From: Spirochaetota bacterium
Lineage (GTDB): Bacteria; Spirochaetota; UBA4802; UBA5550
Direction: 5' to 3'
Assembly (NCBI GenBank): GCA_050298055.1
Contig: JBNKTL010000002.1
Location: 96,001-160,000, forward strand
Length of the DNA stretch: 64,000 nt
Shown: piece by piece, positions 61,819-64,000 of the stretch
Layout of the letters: each line of letters begins with the position of its first letter
How positions within the stretch are numbered: the stretch's first letter is position 1
Translations under genes and position numbers: made by a program
Notes under the pieces: generated by a model
The model's input: the letters and a program-made list of their open reading frames with translations, nothing else
The model's database searches: none
What the model was told of the DNA's origin: nothing

Positions 61819-64000
61819 TTACTGCTCCACTCTCTTCTCCCCGGTCCTTGTTGTACTGAGCTGGCGCAGTTCAAAGATTGCCATCTTGTTGTCGGAATCG
61901 AGGTTGACAACTCTCTCAAATGTCTTTTTAGCTTCAGCATTATCACCTGTCTTTTTATATGTCATGCCAAGGGCAAAGAGGGCATTGGTGAAGTTGCTAT
62001 CAAGTTCAAGTGCCTTTTCAAACTGTTCTATGGCATAGTTATAATCCAGCATTTTATAGTAACATGATCCCAGTATATAGAATGCATACTTGTTCATCTT
62101 ATCATGTACGATATATCTCTCGATGTAGTGAATTGCTTTGCTGTAATTATTGACCCTGAAATAGTTCTTGGTCAGGTTATAGAGAATTTTCTGGTTATCG
62201 GGAAACTTGACGAGGCCATCCTCCAGAATTTCTATTGCTTCGTAATATTTGTGTGTGGTGATAAGCTTTTTCGACTTCTTAACAATATCAACCGCTTCAT
62301 CCCTGGCAAGCTCAATAACCAGGAGGGTAATATCATCCTGGAGTTCCGCATCACCGATATGCCTCTGGAGATCATCTATCAGGGTATTGGAGAACTCTTC
62401 CAGGGGGAGGTTCTTCTTTTCAACTGCCACCTGCACGAGCCTGTCAATGGAATACTCCTCACGGTCCCCATTAACCGCTTCAGGAATCCCATCGGTATAG
62501 AGAAGGAGCCTGTCCCCATACTCCAGCTTCGTGGATTTCTCTTCGTATGAATCCCGGGCTTCTTCAATGGCGCCGATAAACAAACCTCCCGTATCCAGGT
62601 ACTCTACCTCTCCGGAAGCTGCTCTCAAAAGAAGCCCTTTCTGGTGACTGGCATTGGAATAAATAATATTATACTCATCATCTATGGAGACCATGAAACA
62701 GGTCATATAATCCTGTGTTTTGACATGAGTAAGAATATTCTGATTCACCTCCTGAAATATCTGTTTGGGGGAGTCATACTTGGCTCCCGCATTACCGAAT
62801 GATATTTTTGCCATGGTTGTAACCAGGGCGGCAGGAATACCATGTCCCGATACGTCAGCAACCATTATACCCAGTTTATCGCCTTTAAGGTAGTGAACGT
62901 CATAAAAGTCGCCACCGATCTTCTCCATGGCAATATATCTTGTGGTAAATTTCAGTTCATGCCAGTCATCGACCCTCCCGGGAAGAATAGACCTCTGGAT
63001 GATACTTGCCATATCCAGCTGTTTCTGTATCTGGGTGTCTCTTCCCTGGAGGTCAGTAAGCACCTTCTGGAGCTCAGTTGTCCGCATATCAACCATACTC
63101 TCCAGATTTTTTCTGTATTCATCTATCTCCCAGGCCATCTCCATGAGACCAAATTCAATGGACGCGAATTCACTCTCAAGCGAAAGAACATCAAATGCGG
63201 CACTGCCGCCGGAAGCTATCTGTGTTGTAACCCGTCTCATGTCATGGAGCATCTTTAAAATGGTCCGTGTATTTATCTGCATGAGCACAAAACTGGTAAA
63301 AATAGAAAGCGCAAAATAACTCAGAATGATCTCGGTCTTGTATTCGTCATAGAAACGGCTCTTCTCCATAAGGGCAGCAAAGGTTAAGAGCGTTATAACC
63401 ATAAGTATAACGAAAAAGAGGAATTTGACACGGATCCCTATGAGAATTCTGGGCCCCAGCTTTATGCCGTTTCTCAGAAGATTGTTGTATACGCTTGCTC
63501 TCTCCCTGTTAGTCAGGGTCTCCGTAAGAAGATATGTTGATACACCGTAGATTATTAAAATAACCATAGTGGAAAGCGCGGCAATTTTTATGAGGACCGT
63601 AAGCTCAGCTATATTTATGGACTTGAAATGCATGTACTCAAGCAATGTAAATCCTATAAGCAATATCCCGGATATTATTGAATAAAAAACCGCGGCAAAG
63701 GTGTTATGCAGGGTAAAATCGGAAAAATAGGAATACATGGTCTTCAGATCATTAATATGGATATCCATGTCAGATTTATACGCCCTGTTCATCATCCTGT
63801 GAGATTTGAAGAGAGCAGGAATCTTAATGGGTGTAAAAAAACCAAACTGTATAAAATGGAGAATTGAGGCAATTAATACCGATACAGGAAGCCATTTTAA
63901 GAGCAGGATAAAAAGCTTATCAAAAGAAAATACGATAAATGAACTGCCAAGCACAAGTCCGAATATAGCTGCAATTAAACCGAATAATACTGTAACAAGG
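61819..64000 (-). CDS. Membrane PP2C/SpoIIE phosphatase with HAMP-like linker and C-terminal TPRs (5' end outside the window)
   Basis: Frame open to the window edge; multiple TM; GGDFYD, DVSGHG, YTDG, DDITL; three TPRs. Confidence 0.92.
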   Translation of the reverse strand, partial: LVTVLFGLIAAIFGLVLGSSFIVFSFDKLFILLLKWLPVSVLIASILHFIQFGFFTPIKIPALFKSHRMMNRAYKSDMDIHINDLKTMYSYFSDFTLHNTFAAVFYSIISGILLIGFTLLEYMHFKSINIAELTVLIKIAALSTMVILIIYGVSTYLLTETLTNRERASVYNNLLRNGIKLGPRILIGIRVKFLFFVILMVITLLTFAALMEKSRFYDEYKTEIILSYFALSIFTSFVLMQINTRTILKMLHDMRRVTTQIASGGSAAFDVLSLESEFASIEFGLMEMAWEIDEYRKNLESMVDMRTTELQKVLTDLQGRDTQIQKQLDMASIIQRSILPGRVDDWHELKFTTRYIAMEKIGGDFYDVHYLKGDKLGIMVADVSGHGIPAALVTTMAKISFGNAGAKYDSPKQIFQEVNQNILTHVKTQDYMTCFMVSIDDEYNIIYSNASHQKGLLLRAASGEVEYLDTGGLFIGAIEEARDSYEEKSTKLEYGDRLLLYTDGIPEAVNGDREEYSIDRLVQVAVEKKNLPLEEFSNTLIDDLQRHIGDAELQDDITLLVIELARDEAVDIVKKSKKLITTHKYYEAIEILEDGLVKFPDNQKILYNLTKNYFRVNNYSKAIHYIERYIVHDKMNKYAFYILGSCYYKMLDYNYAIEQFEKALELDSNFTNALFALGMTYKKTGDNAEAKKTFERVVNLDSDNKMAIFELRQLSTTRTGEKRVEQ

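Overview
Chromosomal backbone of a bacterium, probably a Leptospira-like spirochaete. That placement is inferred from recalled gene order (cheW-cheA-cheB-cheY-scpA-scpB-pheA-tyrA-cmk-rpsA, rnc-NUDIX-aroB, thrS-infC-rpmI-rplT...zapA) and the many TPR, PP2C and FecR proteins; it was not checked by a search. The window holds about 60 CDS (translation, chemotaxis, aromatic amino-acid synthesis, murJ, ribH-nusB, dgt, msrB, xth, rlmN, envelope/TPR proteins) and one tRNA-Val(GAC). No transposase, integrase, prophage or CRISPR array was found. The most notable signal is an intergenic repeat family of about 9 full, internally deleted or partial copies. It has terminal inverted repeats (G)TAACTACTCAGCT...AGCTGAGTAGTTA(C) and a central covarying palindrome closed by a C-GAA-G/TTC triloop, i.e. 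MITE/REPIN-like. Other oddities: a HAD hydrolase that apparently must start at ATC while infC starts at ATG, C33 in tRNA-Val, a CheA-CheC fusion, a degenerate chorismate-mutase domain in PheA, a degenerate ABC pair, and a secreted two-repeat cysteine-rich mini-protein next to a beta-barrel gene.
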